The position numbers and the translations under genes are program-made. Under the pieces are notes generated by a model. The model was not told the origin of the DNA. It did no database searches and saw only the letters and a list, made by a program, of their open reading frames with translations. Source: Phoronis australis (Eukaryota; Animalia; Phoronida). From it: a stretch of DNA of 64,000 nt. The DNA lies in NCBI GenBank assembly GCA_002633005.1, contig NMRA01000007.1:1-64000 (forward strand), written 5' to 3'. The stretch's first letter is position 1. Each line of letters opens with the position of its first letter. Positions 31,801-46,875 of this stretch are shown piece by piece.

Positions 31801-34800
31801 ATGTGATTATTACGTTGGGACATCTCGTTTCACAAATGGCAAGCACTTTATTGTGATCCTCAAAAGTCGTGAAATAAAGCAAATTAAAACTTTCTGCTTT
31901 TTATGATTACACTGGGGTTGGAATAGAGCTCAAGTGTAATCATTTCAAACAGTGGAGAGTACAATCTATTACACACAACCCACATCCGGTTCGACCAAAA
32001 CAATGGACTCACAAACACAAATAACTGATTGGAGTAACACGTCATTTGAATGCAAATGGATAAATGCTACAAACGAAATGAAATGCATAGCATTTATGTA
32101 AATCATCTAATCTGTTCATTAGACGCTTTGAGCTATACTTCTGTCACTCAGTCTCTACAACATTCCTTAGGTAACTGTCATGTCCACCTGTCCTCAGTGA
32201 ACACAGCTGGCAGATAGTGAACCATGTCATTTGTAGTTACACTATACACTAATGTTTCACTACAACAAAGGTATTCAGACTCTGATGTTAACCAGTTTTA
32301 GTTGAGGTGATGTGTGAAGAGCATTCTAACGAAGTAGAAAAATTCCAAAATTTCCAGAGTAACAAAATAATTGCTGGAATTGCCATTTTTTCATTTTTCA
32401 AAGGCTGTGAGTTTAGAAACTTTACCAAATGTTTTATGAAGTTTGCACGCTACAAACTAAACTAGCAACAAACTAAAATTTTCTCAATATCTATTCCAGT
32501 CGTGAAATTTTACAAAATTTCCCTTGTTCACCCTCTTGTGTGCTAGATAGGTGAATAATTTCACTTCAATCCTTTTCTTACCGCAGTCACATATGGAGGT
32601 GTGCTGAACATTTGTTTTATGAATGAACAGTTACAAACAGTAATCTCCGTTCCAGGACTTCAAACAAGAAATCCACTTTTCAGACTTTCAAGACCAAATT
32701 GACTTCTTAAAACAAACAACCCTTATGGTAATGTAGAACAACAGAAAAAAGCCCAAATTTGGCTAACTTTGAAACATATCTCAGAAATTGCTAATCAGAT
32801 AACTACGAAACTTTCTGATACTATGCTCTATGGACTGTTCATTAAAATGCTGTTCGAAATTGTTTGTGAAATGTTTCACTTTTGGATGAAGAGCCATGCA
32901 AAATAGGACTTTTATGACTTCAGTGAATAAAATGTTTTAAGTTACATCAAATCACACTGAAAGGATATTTTAGAAAATTGTAATAGTATTTTTGAAATCT
33001 CGTCTTAAACATTCATAACAAATAACATTTGATCGTGTTATTGATACCATTGTTTTATTATCAATTTACCTTTTATTTTTTGCTAAATGCTACTCAAGTC
33101 ACGGTGACCCATTTAATAATACATTAGAAATAATAAAAAATCAAATTCTACAGGCTACTTTCAGATAAAATAAACTTCTCTTTTACTCTTTAACTGAATT
33201 AAGGTTATCTAGGACCATAATAAACGACCTCAACTCTAAGTCAAATATCGAAAAAACTATGCTTTGTTGTCACCCATTAACAGTATGTATTTTCTGAAAG
33301 GAGAAAGATCAAGGATTCTAAAAACATGCTTCTTGCTACTACTGTGTCTTTAATACTGTCACGTGACCATGTTTTTTGAGTCAATTTTTCATGTGCAAGA
33401 AAGGTACATTCATATCAAAATAACCCTACAGCCGATTTTACTAAAAAAATTTTTACATGAAAACTTTACCTTATGTCTCAAAAAACATTTTTTTAAATGA
33501 AAACTTTACCTTATGTCTCAAAAAACGCTGTTAGGAATTTGCTTTAAAATGTCTAGTTTTCGTGGTATACGAATAAGACCACGTTTTTTTTACAAAAATG
33601 CCTTGTGCTTTGTGAGTTAATGTGGCATAAAACCCAAACTAAATAAACAATCAAAAATTTTTGTAAATTACTTAAAAACTTATAGGTGTATGGACAATTA
33701 ATCGAGGAGAGCGGACAACCAGAAAAATGATACCGATACCTAAAACTTGGAAATCCTTAGGAAGTCTGAATACATTGAAGAATTGCCACAATGCACTTCT
33801 AATGTGATAACTCAACAGTACTCACTGAGAGAGCCGTTATTGGTCTTATGCTGGTCAAGCTGACCGCGTAAAGCTCGCAGTTTCTTTAACTTCAGTTCTT
33901 GTGCTTCCACCTTTTCGCGCAGTTTACGCAGACGCTCGTTCTCACTGGCCATTTGTTGATGCTTCTGCTCCTGTTGCCGTAGAAACTTCAACCTCTGTTC
34001 CTTAGCAACCAGCTGCTGCTGCTGCGACTCTATCTGTTGCTGCTGCCGCACTGCCATCTCTTGGAGCTCACTCAGCGACAGATCGTTGGGTACCTGAAGA
34101 GACAGAACACTGCCTATAGAAAAATAATGTAACACTAACAGCCAAAGCAAAGACCGGTGACCACGTACTGCAAGTATTCATGTCTCAAGAAGGTGGCAAT
34201 CTGAGTAGAACTGAGGAGTCTTTCCGAGATTAAAACTTTTAACTAAAAGCCAAGTTTGAGACGGTTTAACACAACAAAAACACAACCTGTTCACAAAAAA
34301 ATGTTAGCTCGCCTTGTTTGAAGACTGACCTTTTCTTCAGGAAGACGAAAAAGCAACAATTGTCATTGAAACACACTGTATTATCCAACACATCATATAC
34401 TAGTGGTGTGTGTTCAATACAATTTCAACTCCAGAGGACCTGGCTAAATAAACAACAGCCTGGCTTAAATTTCCTAAATAAAAGATTTAACAACTAAACC
34501 AGAAACTTTTCACAGAAAACTGGCTGGATGACCGACCTACATGTTACACACATAAATAACTCAACACCCTCTGAGAGCTCATCAGCCTGCAAAGGTATCG
34601 AAGACAGTACAACGGAAGAAGACAGCAGATCACAAATTCAAAAGTGGAGAGGTGGGAGCGCTCAGTTACCAGTCCCTTATTACCATATATGCGACCTACC
34701 AATTGATGTAAGATGGTCACAAGAACACAAATTCTTCCAGTCCAGTCACCAGGTCTTGGTTCAAACAAAGACTCTAAACTGGACAGTAGACTGACCACCT

Positions 34801-37800
34801 TCAAATCAGCTATGATGTAAGCTTTCTCATAAATCACCACTATCTTACAGTTAACACCTTGCTGTAAAGAACATTTAACAAAGACTAGCTGACCTTTATC
34901 TACACCGAATGCCTTCTTGCTAATTTAGAACCCTCTAATGGTATCACATAGCTAGCTCGGGGCTTAGGAGTACCCTAGGTAAATTGGATCGATAACAGGT
35001 AATGCATACCATTATGGAGATTGCGTGTATCACTTGAAAAGAATGAAAAAACGAAGCTTTGTCTCGACCGCAAAGTGCCTTTGATAATGGCGTCAGTCAG
35101 GGTTTGAACATTTGATGAGCAGATGAGTCACATTTCACTCAAGTTACAAGAGCACATTTCAAACCTGTGAGTTCTGTCAGACACCTCTACTATAGGCCGA
35201 AACATGTTGATAAAAACAAGCAAAAGTTTTCATTCAAGTGAAAGTATATAATCGACCTGACATACAGCATCAAAATACATCACAGTCCCAAAAGACGACA
35301 GTGAAAAATTATTATTGATTCTATAGTAAGTCTCCACTTATTGTGAACACACAAACATGAATTGCAATATTTTTTTCTGTTTTCAAAGGCTCATTACTTT
35401 ACTACACAAAAATAAAAAATACCAAAAGTTGTTTTACCACATGTACACAGTACAAACTATGGAGAAACAGACTTAAATTTTCTTAACCCTAAATTTTTTT
35501 GAGAAATCTGACAAATTAAAAAATTTCACTCAACGGCCATTTTGTGTGCTAAACAAGATTTACTGACATTATGATATGGTAAAAAACATCATTAACAAGC
35601 TGACGCTAAGCAATTAAAAAGAAACTACCTTAAAATAAAAATGACGGTAAATTTAAGTTGTATCATGAATTCCCTTTATCTTCAAAAAGTTCACCAATCT
35701 AAAGTGGCATTAAACCTGCGTTTCGGTAAAAACGACAAGTTTTGATTCAGGACACATATTGTTATAAAACTGATCTCAAACTGTTCATCAGTCCAAAGAG
35801 TTGGGATTCCTGGACTTCCAAATAACCGATAGTTTATTTCTTCAGACCATATGATAACATTTCAGGTCACTGGTGTGATGTGAAACTTTAATGAGCTTGG
35901 TCTTTAATAAGCTTGGCGTGAAGAAACAACAAAATGTCAGCTCTTCTGGAGCCCAGAGATAACTAGTAAAGTGAGTAAGGAATGAGACAAAAATCGTAGA
36001 TGCCTTTTTAAGATTTTTGACACAGATTATATAAACTTGTTAAAACTGTGCCAAAAACAAAAAATAGCACAGTAATTCTTCAGTTATTTCTCAGACAAAA
36101 AATTGCCAAAATGGGATTTTTACAAGGTTATTGGAATGTTACGAGTTACGTATGAAAAACTTACTAAGTGTGGGTTTTCTATGACTGCTACACAGCACTA
36201 CCTTTCTTTTCAGTGGAATAACATTTTCCTAACATTCATTTTTGTAGAGAAACACGACAAAATGAAATTCCTAAAATAAGCTTTACATTGTGCAAAATAG
36301 ATGAAGTAGCAGTTCTAATAATAGTCCCAGGATTTACACAACACTGAGCAAGGTAAGCTTTTTTGCAATCAATTATATGCCGCATGACATGAGAATCATG
36401 ATTTGAAGCAGTCAACCGATTTTACGCCTAGCTCCCTCTTGATTTCTCTTCTTTCGTTGGGAACAAAGACAGAACCTTTACATAGAGAACTGACAACGCC
36501 TGCTGAAGGTCTAGGAGAACAAAAAGTCAACACTACGACAGGGAATGACTTCCTCGGAAAGGGGACTACCTTCCTGGGGGGGAGGGGACTACCAGCCATA
36601 AAATAGGAAGCAATGATACCCTCCTGGAGATCTGCCCTTTGCACATTGCAGTCAGGTCCTATCTAGTGATACCCTAGATCCACATGTCAGGCATGTCACT
36701 GCTGACAAACAGTACCACACAATCACTTCCCATGACTCAAGTATCACATGTGTCAACACAGCAGGCCTGCTGTGACCTGCTGTGTATTCACAGCATCTCC
36801 TAATGTTCACTGGGTTACACCAACTGGAGCATGAGCAGTGTGAGCCACACAGCTGATTTTTTCTAAGGATGACTTTCCATGACTTTGTATACTGCAATTG
36901 GAATTTGTAGACTGTGGTCCTTGGTCGAACAAAAATCCGAGCAAATCGGACATACCGGGTACTTCAATATAATTGACAAGTCATATGCGACTTTTTACCT
37001 CAAAACAAAAAATCTGAATACCTGTCTCCGCACTCCGATTAGTCATATACAGCAGTCTATTACGAAAATCTACATAAAAAACCAGAGTGTAGGCAGTTTT
37101 TACTACACCTACCGTACCAAGACAACTTTCACATTTTTTGTAGTCATTGCATATTTGCATACAAGTTGTACATCTGGGGTATATCAGCAACAGTAACATA
37201 TTAAGAAATTATGATCCCCATACACTTGATATTTGTGTTTCTGTAATGTCACCACTTCACTAGAGCATACTTGCAAGATGACAGACCTTGGAGGTGATTG
37301 AACAGATTTGAATGATTATGACAAAAGGTCGATTGCATTAATAAATGTCAATGTTAACTAACTGCCCCAAAAAACTCACTGCTTCCATTATGGCAAAAGC
37401 TATGATTTCTCACAGCAAATGTCTTGTGAGAGCCACCTCGTGTTTTTCATACCAGAAACAGGTTGGATATAGATTGACCAAATCTTAACCTTAAAACTTT
37501 TCAATCGTTTACCCATAAATCCACAAATGTTTTCCAAAATCATGTCATATATGAGAATGCAGAACCAGCATATAAAATTTGCATTGAATACAAAGAAGTT
37601 GTTGGTTTCAACAACTCTTGACTTATAAATTTCTCCTGAAAGATATCACATATCTCAGAGTTAAATATTCTTAAAAAAATTCCACCTAAAGATACCATTT
37701 ATCTCTGAGTTTCTTATATATTTCCACTGAAAGATATCATCTATCACTGAGTTAAGCTGTTTTTACATGGGGGACAGTTGTTACAGTGCGAGTTGTCACG

Positions 37801-40800
37801 GCGCGACTTGCTCCTTTTCAGATGCATTTACACGACATTAGATCACAAACTGGATCAACATGAGTCATTTACACAAAGACCGTATGCGAATGCTCACACA
37901 AACAATAGCGAACATTCAAACCACATGGAATGCCAGCGAATCACTCGTATCTACGCTATTACGCAAGCGTAACAGAGACGATCCCTTCCGCCTTGCCCCA
38001 GTTTGTATTTAGACACGTGTGTACTTGAAACTGGAGCAGCTGATCAAGTACAACTAGCTCTACCTCTCAAACCGACAAATGGCCGCCGCGGTGTAAACTT
38101 GCTCCGTGTCACACACACGTGCGCAAGATCAGATGTTCCGAGTTAGTTGCCCAGTGACAACTGTCGCCCCAGCCCCCATGTAAATACGGATTTATACATC
38201 CTTTTGGATCCCAAAATCTAAACTGACCTTACCAACAGCACCACAGGGAACTACAAGTCTCTGATGCTCTTCTCTTAAGTCTAACCACCTGCCTCTGGCC
38301 AAGAGATGCTGCGTTCCCATAGGCGGTTTGTTCAATAAATGTTCAACAATAGCCTCCCTACCTTGCTATATATTGATTACTGAACTAATTAAACAAATAA
38401 ACTGGCCTAGATATCAGCCGTCTTTGTGTTAAGCCATATGAATAGAACAAAAAGTCACAGGTGAAATATGACAAAATTGTATAAATACAACAAATTGTAT
38501 GGAAGAAGGTGGTACACATACTCAGAAATACATGATTTGGTTTTAGAGTATAGAAGTCACGGAGTCTCACCAGTCCTAAATTTTTTTAAAAATGATGTAC
38601 TTTCAAAGTCATGTCGGACCCTGAAGAATATTCCAAATTTGGCTAACTTCGGAAAGCCATATCTTGAAAATGACTAATCGTATTGATACGAAACTTTTGC
38701 GTACAATGCTTTTACGCACTGTTCTCCAAAACGGAATTGTTTTCAAAATGTTCCACTTTTGGATGAAGGGCTATCAAAAATGGGTCTTTTACACTTATAA
38801 TGAAAAAACTCAAAAGTTGCACAAAACAAAACCTGTAACAGCATATTTGAGATCTTATGATGTACATCAACCTGCCTACGCATCACATGAAATGTTATCG
38901 ACAGCGTAATCTATGAATACACATTCTATTTTAGCTAAATTGTCCTAAAAAGATATGTGAGCACATGACCCAATCATTGACAGATTGGTATCAAATTAAA
39001 AATAAAAGTCTACATGCTTTCCACTTACGGAAAATATACACTTTTACACATTTACTTTCTACAGTTTTGTAGATATTTGGCAAAGTCCACAGACTTGTCA
39101 ATGAGCAATGTAACCTTACAGACTAGGACGACAATAGCAGGAACAAACATACCCAATAGACTCTGTCCCCAGACTCCACACACACACACCTGCACAACAT
39201 TAAACTTGCATTCTTACTAACACTGATCCACTCAATTCATATAAAACACTTATCTACTAAGAATACAATCTGAAGAATCAATTTACAGAAGCATACCTCC
39301 TACTGAGACGCTAGGGATTTCAATGCAACTGTTTATAGTAAGAGATAAACCCTTTAATCCTTTTTCAATCCCAAACACAACAAATTAGTCTTGGCTCTGT
39401 GCTAAGGGACAGAAAATATTTTTGATACCATAATCCCATAAAATAGAAAAGGCTGGCTCTAAAAATTCATCAGTAATCACATCAGAATATGACAAAAGTG
39501 ACATTTGAATCCCCCCCCAGGTATTTATCTAAGGCACCAAAACCAAACTTACATTGCAGACAACTGATAAAATGCACATCAAAAAAGAAATTAAGGAAAT
39601 TAAAACAATTATGGAATATTGACCCACTGAAACAGCAGACAAAATGCCAAGTCGGGTTACTTTTATGAATCAAATTTGCCTTGGCAGAATTGCAAGCAAA
39701 TTTCTGTGAATAAATGCCAAAATGTCATGTTCGTTTCCTGGAATTTTCCAATACACAGGGCACATTTCAGGTTGGTATCTGTATGAATAAATGAGGGGAT
39801 GACAGACTGACTAATGCCAGTAGAGACAGCCTGACACTGTTTAAAAGTTTCAAACTGCTGTGTAAATGAATACATGAACACTTGTTTGGACAGAAACCAT
39901 ATTGGATTTGGACAGCAGCTCAGGGATTTCAGAACAGAAAGCAGATGGAAACTACCACCATGGACAAACTCCTTTTTCCAAGTTCACTTACTCTGTAACA
40001 CATAGTCCACTGCTTCACTAAACTGTGTCCCTAAACTTAAACCTGCTGTGAACCAGCCTTTTGTCAAAAAACGAACTTTTGATTCAGACCACCCACTGTT
40101 ATCAAACTGGTTTCTAATTAGCTGGCCAATAGGCCTGGTTCAGCAAGTGCAGTGGCACCTAAAATGACCAGCCACGGTGAGTTCCACAGATGCAAGACAC
40201 TCCTAAGTAAAGCTATAGCGATCATGTGCTTCGTTGCTAATACATCGCGAAGAATTGCATGATCTTGTTTTTTCGCAGAAGCCAGATTTTTTAACCAGGT
40301 CCCAAGCAATTACAAACACTCAGTTCTTTTCACACCAAGAACTCAAATCCTATCTGAGTACGAAACAAGTAGAGACAATTTCATAATGTTAATTCTGAAC
40401 TAAATTTCTAGACAGAAAGTAGGAACAAGGCGGCCCCCCCCCCCCTACAGTTACAAGGCAGACCCCTCTACAGGTAAAAGGCAGACCCCTCTATGGGTAC
40501 AAGGCTTTCCCTCATACAGAACACAGATAAAAAAGATGATTAAATTAGAAGCATCAACATTCTATGAAGTACAAGCTACACTACAAAAGACACGAACATG
40601 AACCAGGGCACAAACATAACAACTATTCCATAGATGGGGAAACATTCAAAAAGTTGTAAACACACAGAGACTTAAATACCAACTATAGTTCATCAAGTGG
40701 TTCCCAAAGTGTTTGGTTGATCAAAGTTGACACAATCAACACCACTCCTAACTGTCAATAGTAATTCTTGGACTTACCATCTCTAGTTGACAGTTCTATG

Positions 40801-43800
40801 TTCCAGCCACTGTGGACAACAACTAGCTCTGATGTAGCCCACACCTCAGTGCCAAGTGACTCATTAGACCAAACCTAACTGGGTCACAACAGGAAACCAC
40901 CAAATTTACACAGACTGAGACATACTCAACAATAACAACTGGACCTAACTTAGACTGGCGCAGTAAACACCCCCACATCCAACATCATGGGAAGTTCTGT
41001 TCTAACCATGAGTGACATTTGTGACATACCCCTCAGGTGCAAAATATTATGCAGGGAATACAACCCTGACCCTTAATGTGAGCAACAAGGGACAATACCA
41101 AGACTGGCAGCACAATAGGGGAGCTTAGCCCTTTGATCATATCTGATTGACCACAGTAATAGAGTGAAAGGAGTAATCTTGAGATAGAATACAAGTGGGA
41201 GAGCTAGGTTTATGAATGACTGTAAAGACCACCTCAAATGCTGGGGCATATGTTTGGTCATAGCGACAGGCATAGACACGTGATTGCCAACGTGACGCTG
41301 TTTCTTTGAGAGAAGCGAAACACTGAAAGTACGGCAAAGTTTCTTTCAATTAGAATGCAATATGGCGGAACACTACAATTTTATCTTATCAAAAATTTCA
41401 ACAAGAGTAAACAAGAAGACAATTTTACTTGATTATTTGAAAACTTTATACAGTACTGTTGTAATCAACAAACACTAGTTGAAATTTTGGGCATTCTAGG
41501 CAATACAGCGAGCAGTTGGCAAATCAAAAATAACAATTTTGGCCAATATTTTTGTTTGAATTTCAGGAACTTTTACCGTACTTGACTCACCTCCACAAAT
41601 CCTTTAATAAACATTGCGCCAATATAAACCTTAGGAAAGTGGTCTCAACTATTACCAGGCATGCAACAAGTAACAAATACAGGGCCCGAGATCTCATAAA
41701 CTTTCCTGGACAGAAACAAGTGTTTAGACCATGCACCATGCCATGGGTTCAAATAAAGATTGGAAGTTTGAAATTTGAGGGCCCTAAAATTTAAGACAAT
41801 AAAATCAAGGAAGAGGATATGTAATACTTGACAGATAACAGATAAACACAATAGCCACATGGACAGATAATAGGACCCAAACCTGAATTATTTCAATCAT
41901 GTCTGAAGTCAGAAAAACATAGATAGCAAGCATATGATTCTGATGAACACCCAATTCCTTTTACATGTATTAACCCACATGAATACAATCACCAATATTA
42001 TTCTAGGACAGACATTCTTCAATAAAATCCAGCAAATCACCAACGGGATCTCATTAAAAACATAACAGGCCAGAAATCTTACAGTCCCCTTGACAACATC
42101 ATGGCTCTCCACACCGACACCAGACTCCATGTTTGTGAACTCCGCCTGGAATGCTGCACTTGACTCTGGCAACAATTTGTCATGAGCTGGGATATCATAT
42201 TACCCAAACATGTGCTGTAATGTGTCAGCAGTCCACAGCAGGCAGGGGTCACAATAGCTTCTTGATGGCACCTCATGGGAGAGTATCACTTGTAAAGCAC
42301 AAAAGTGAAGCACTTTGAGGCGTAGACTTCCTCCATTAAAACGCACTCAAACATAATACCACCATGCCTAGAGTTTCAGCAAGGTAGTTGAAATCACGTC
42401 AGCTGTCTTGACTCTCCCACACTGTCACAAATGGCCAGCAAGAATATTTGTGACAATAGACACTTACAGGGGTGGGTGCCAAATTGTGGGAAGCAGTTTC
42501 CTCTACTGAATCATGGGGCCGGGGCACCAAATTGGATCTCAAGAATGCCACACCCCCCTATAAGTGACTAGTGCGATTTTCAGTGTCAGGAACTCATGGG
42601 GATGGAGCAAAAATTAAGACACTTAAAGAATTCTTAGCCAATGGGCTTTTACTATTCACTAGGTGACACTAGAGGTACTCTGGTAACGTAAATAATTTGA
42701 AAACAGCGCCACCACTTTCAAGTGACAAATTTTTCACACACAACTAAATCAGACAGTTTCTCAGAGAAAGTTTGAAACCTCTAGTAGACAAATGAAATTC
42801 ACCAGAAAAGAATGTATACCACTCCACACTCAGTTGCCACAGTGATTATCTAAAAAGGAGCAAAGAAATCTATCTACATTCTGCATTAGAGATTTTCACC
42901 AAATGTGACAAAGTCACATATCTCAAACGAGGGGCAACAAACTTTGCAAACAAGAAAAACTAATGGAAACAAGCTTAAATGCAGTTGGTGGTGGTGGTGG
43001 TGGTGGTGGTGGCAGATTACAGCACTCACCAACAACATCCAGGCAAATACATATTTTAGAAGTTTAAGAAAATTTGAAAATAATAAAACATGAAAGAGAA
43101 ACCTCCACACCTTGCCCCCATTAGTACCACAATACACGCTTATACCATAAAAACTTGCCACCCTTGTAGGAGGAGGACCATGACTAATATCAAGTAACAC
43201 CTCTGACAAGGCTTGCACCTGATAAGTGCATGGAAAGCTGAATTCAATTTACTTAATGAGCTTATATCCAAGACAACTTTTGGAACAATTAATAATCAAT
43301 CAATTTTCCAGACAGTCATTGCACTGCACGATCGAACCACTGACGATTTCAACAATTCTGTTGGCGTACCAAACCATCTCAAACTATTTAGGCGGACTAA
43401 ACCATCTAAAACTATTTTGGCGTGCTAAACCATCTCAAACCATTTTGGTGTACCAAACCACCTCAAAATATTTTGGCATCTCAAACATGAGCATTATCTT
43501 TGTTTGAAGTTTGTACAGTCAAAAAGTGGGGATAAATATTACAAAAATGGACAATCAACTCACTCAAACACATCTAAATACTACAACGTAAATAATAAAT
43601 AGTAAAATCTCACTTATTTCAGACAAAAATAATTTCCAAAATTGATCTTTGATTTTTCAAAGGCTTCAAACATCGTTGTGAATGCTCATAATTTCTCACA
43701 ACATTGTCTCGTAGTTGTGAAGCACCTTACTGAATATGATAAAGCGCGTATTTTGAGAAATTCAGGAAAAAATAAAAACAGTAAAATTTCACTTATTCGC

Positions 43801-46800
43801 CATATTGTGTCCTAAATCCGTGAAATTTTACCATAGCTATAAATGCGAGTGAATAATCTTCTACTCACTTGAGGTGGTTCTGTTAAATCGTACGTCCGTA
43901 TACCATTTCGTCTGGTGTCGCTCACTTGGTCTGGAACGAGAAAGACACGCCATGTGCACAAAACCAACGTATTCAGACTTGATTTAAGCATTGCACAATT
44001 CTTATAAACTTTTGAACGTCCATCTTCCGCATTAACTGTCATTGACAATGGTGTGATGGTTTTGATGCTCTTGAGGAGGCCGGTGACGACTTCGTACACA
44101 CTCCTCCATTGTCACATTTCCAGCTGAACAAACTATGAGGACAACAACAGGAATACAGGAGGTGTTAGAGATTTTTATCAGTATTCAACAAGACCCAAGC
44201 CTTTGATCAGAAAGCAAGCACCAGTATATCTTTGAAAACCCACCACAAGGGTACTTTAAATCAAGAAAAATGTTAAGCTAAACATAGCAGAACTCAGGCA
44301 CTCCTAAGTGATAATCACAGTTGATAAATATTCTCATGTGGATGTTCAGCTGGACATCAACAACTACTTGAAAACGTTTTGAACATTTCTTTCACTGAGT
44401 GACAAAACTGATGATTTACAAAAGTTGTACTAATGACACCAACAACAATTTACATGTCACACCATTACCTTAAAGTGGTTTATAGGCTAAGAGCATTCCT
44501 GTGACAGGAAACCGAGAACAGGCACTGAGAAGGAAACAAATCTTCAGAAAGTATAATCCAAGCTTCTATCATAACAATTAATCCTTAGTAGACACTGCGA
44601 CCCAGTTGCAGAACATAACTACACTGTACACTCGCCATACTGTATGAACTCATTGTGAACTACACATCTTGCAAAGACTGGAGACACTTTGAGTTTCAAA
44701 AACTACAACAAGTACACCACTACAGAGCCAACTGAAAGCTGACATTATGAAAGCCCACTTACTCAAGTCTCTCATCTCACATGCATATTTTGTTCAAATA
44801 TTATTCAATCACTGCAGCAGACACTGACATCACGCCAAGCCAGAATCAAGATCTATGTAATTCAGTACCAAAGAATAGCCGGATTAATTCGACCCCTGAA
44901 CAGGTAGCAGGTAACAATCTACGCTCTGTCCGCCTGAACAGAATCCGACAATGCACTCCTTTTCAATTACACAGACTTAAAAACATCCACTAAATAGAAT
45001 GCATGGAACAAAGGAGGTTCATAAGTGTTGAAAGAATGACGCATGAATTGGTGTTCAAAGCAGGCTGTCAACAACAACAATGGCACCTGTCAAAGGGGGG
45101 AGGAAGAGTTTACAAATAAAGGAAGCCATATTGGGATATGAACGGCTATTAAAGGTCCCCAAAAATATCGTTAACCTTTCAGAATTCGTAACAACGTACA
45201 GTGAAATTACTAACAAAAACTTTTAGTCATTTTTGTAGTACAGTTTCAGGGTAGCTTTTTATAGTTGGTTAAACTCGTGAGCAATGTACAAATTCCTCTA
45301 CATTCAACAATAGTGTTGACTCACCCATCCTGAACGTACAAGTGTGCTATAAGATCTGATAAAGTTTATAAACTGTATTTAGGTGGTGGTTAAATCCAGC
45401 ACACAGATAAAGCCTCTCTACAATGATGTTCTTATCACCAAATCATCCCTTCATAGTTGATAAGGAGAGTAAGAGGAAAGGCCAACAAGAATGACTGTAA
45501 ACAGCACACGTGCTGACCTCTATAGAAAAGAAGTGACCAAGCTACAATGCTCTCTTGGAACACATCTTCTGCATCATAGCACAACACAACGCATTGACTT
45601 TGGACACTTTTTTCATATGACACNGCAAGGTGTGGCCCGCCGAGTCACACAGAGTCGGTGAGCTCGGTCGTCCAAAAACTTCCAAGATGATTATATAGGA
45701 TAAGAAGAAAATGCTCAGTAGCAAAGAGTTATGCAATTGAGCGTGGTCGCGGTATAACTTGCGCGAAAAAACCTTCCAAAGGAAAAACACGTCTTCCTCC
45801 AGAAGATAAGTCCGTGGAATGGTTCGCTTTGCGCATGTCCGTATCTCATGGTAGTACTCGGGGGAATTCTGGGAGGAATAAAATTACATTTTGGTATACC
45901 GTACATGTCGGACAGTGGACAACACCAGTACGTGACTGTCAGTCACCTGACTGCTTCCTTTCACCACATAATTTTATTTACATATATTACATACTAACCT
46001 AATAAAACGGCCAAGTTCTATGTACTCGCACCAACCTCATCACCACGTTTTACCAGAGATACATCTGCTGTTTTCAAGACAAATTTCACTAAATTTCAAA
46101 AAAGTGACCAAGTGCAGTTATAGTTTCTATTCATTTATTACACTGTTGTATTGTAGAAAACAGACACATCAAACAAGCTTTATATACCATTCACCACTGT
46201 ATAGAGAAGCACCGTGTCGCAGATAAAACCAAACAGGCTTACCATAATGTCCATCGCTGTATAGAGGGGTCTCATGTCGCAGATAAAAACGTACTTCATG
46301 CTTGTGTTGACCCCATTGTTGCAAGATCTCAAACGGTCTTTCTTCATCATTGACCGGTCTCTCTGAGGAATGAACACATGTCCAATTAAAACAAAAGTAT
46401 GCAACCTATTCAGTAGTAAATGATGGTTTCTTGGTTACCAAAATAACAACATTAACAGGGGAATTATTGGGCATTGCACATTTCATGTGTTCCCTTCAAT
46501 AAACTTACAAATCACTTTTTAAGCAGTACAGGCTTAAACGATGCATGACTGATCAACTTCATTGCATCAATAATGACCATGTACTTTTGCTAAAGCGAGT
46601 ATTAGTTATTTTCAGAAAGTTATGAAGAGCATATTATTAAGTCTTACATCACATTTGATGAAACAGCCCACTACAACATTGTTTTCCTTTTTATACAGTC
46701 TTAAATGCTTAAAACATTTTAAAAATAGCATACCGCAGCCTCTCCAGAGCTCTGCCAGATGGCAGTTTTGTTCCTGCTCACAGCAGTTGATGATGTCACG

Positions 46801-46875
46801 GCATGTTGTGTTGGGGGTGATGGGAACCTCTATGGACTGTTGGCTGGTACTGTCCAAGTACACACGTAAAATAAC
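25896..46875 (-). CDS. PPP1R13B: Apoptosis-stimulating of p53 protein (ASPP1/ASPP2 co-ortholog): ubiquitin-like/RA domain, coiled coil, Pro-rich region, ankyrin repeats, SH3
   Basis: Exons in transcript order: 46734-46875, 46243-46362, 43869-43930, 33826-34093, 31509-31696, 29376-31178, 28515-28648, 27637-27803, 26548-26747, 25896-25946. Phases are consistent. Motifs: [32 protein letters not shown]1-docking RVSF then [45 protein letters not shown]3 EWWWAR...[14 protein letters not shown]1 cannot be separated from ASPP2 (TP53BP2). Confidence 0.93.
32751..32960 (+). repeat. Dispersed repeat, copy 1 (related to 38631-38835)
   Basis: Shares ccaaatttggctaactt...catatct..gaaa.tg.taatc...tacgaaacttt...aaatgtt.cacttttggatgaag with the second copy. 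Probably the interior of a DNA transposon. Confidence 0.75.
37755..38191. mobile_element. PIF/Harbinger-like MITE
   Basis: gctgtttttacatgggggacagttg ... caactgtcgccccagcccccatgtaaatacgg inverted ends with TAA/TTA-like flanks. Confidence 0.65.
38631..38835 (+). repeat. Dispersed repeat, copy 2 (related to 32751-32960)
   Basis: Same collinear blocks as 32751-32960. Confidence 0.75.
42985..43012. repeat. (TGG)n microsatellite
   Basis: About 9 TGG units. Explains the poly-W and poly-H pseudo-ORFs. Confidence 0.95.
43361..43486. repeat. 28-bp minisatellite, ~4.5 copies
   Basis: Unit ttggcgtaccaaaccatctcaaactatt with substitutions. Confidence 0.9.
46171..46290. repeat. Diverged 2 x 60-bp tandem duplication across an ASPP exon/intron donor junction
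   Basis: 46171-46230 and 46231-46290 align ungapped (43/60 identical by hand count), sharing ctgtatagag and tgtcgcagataaaa. Confidence 0.8.

Noticed and set aside
33455-33526. Short local duplications (also about 37622-37753, 40441-40510, 55804-55888)
   Set aside because: Ordinary 2-3 copy intronic slippage repeats with no link to splice sites or coding sequence.
34528-34840. ORFs in the ASPP intron as extra exons or a nested gene
   Set aside because: No ASPP homology and no convincing splice pair. The gene model closes in phase without them.
42886-43218. Poly-His and poly-Trp ORFs
   Set aside because: Produced by a (TGG)n microsatellite.
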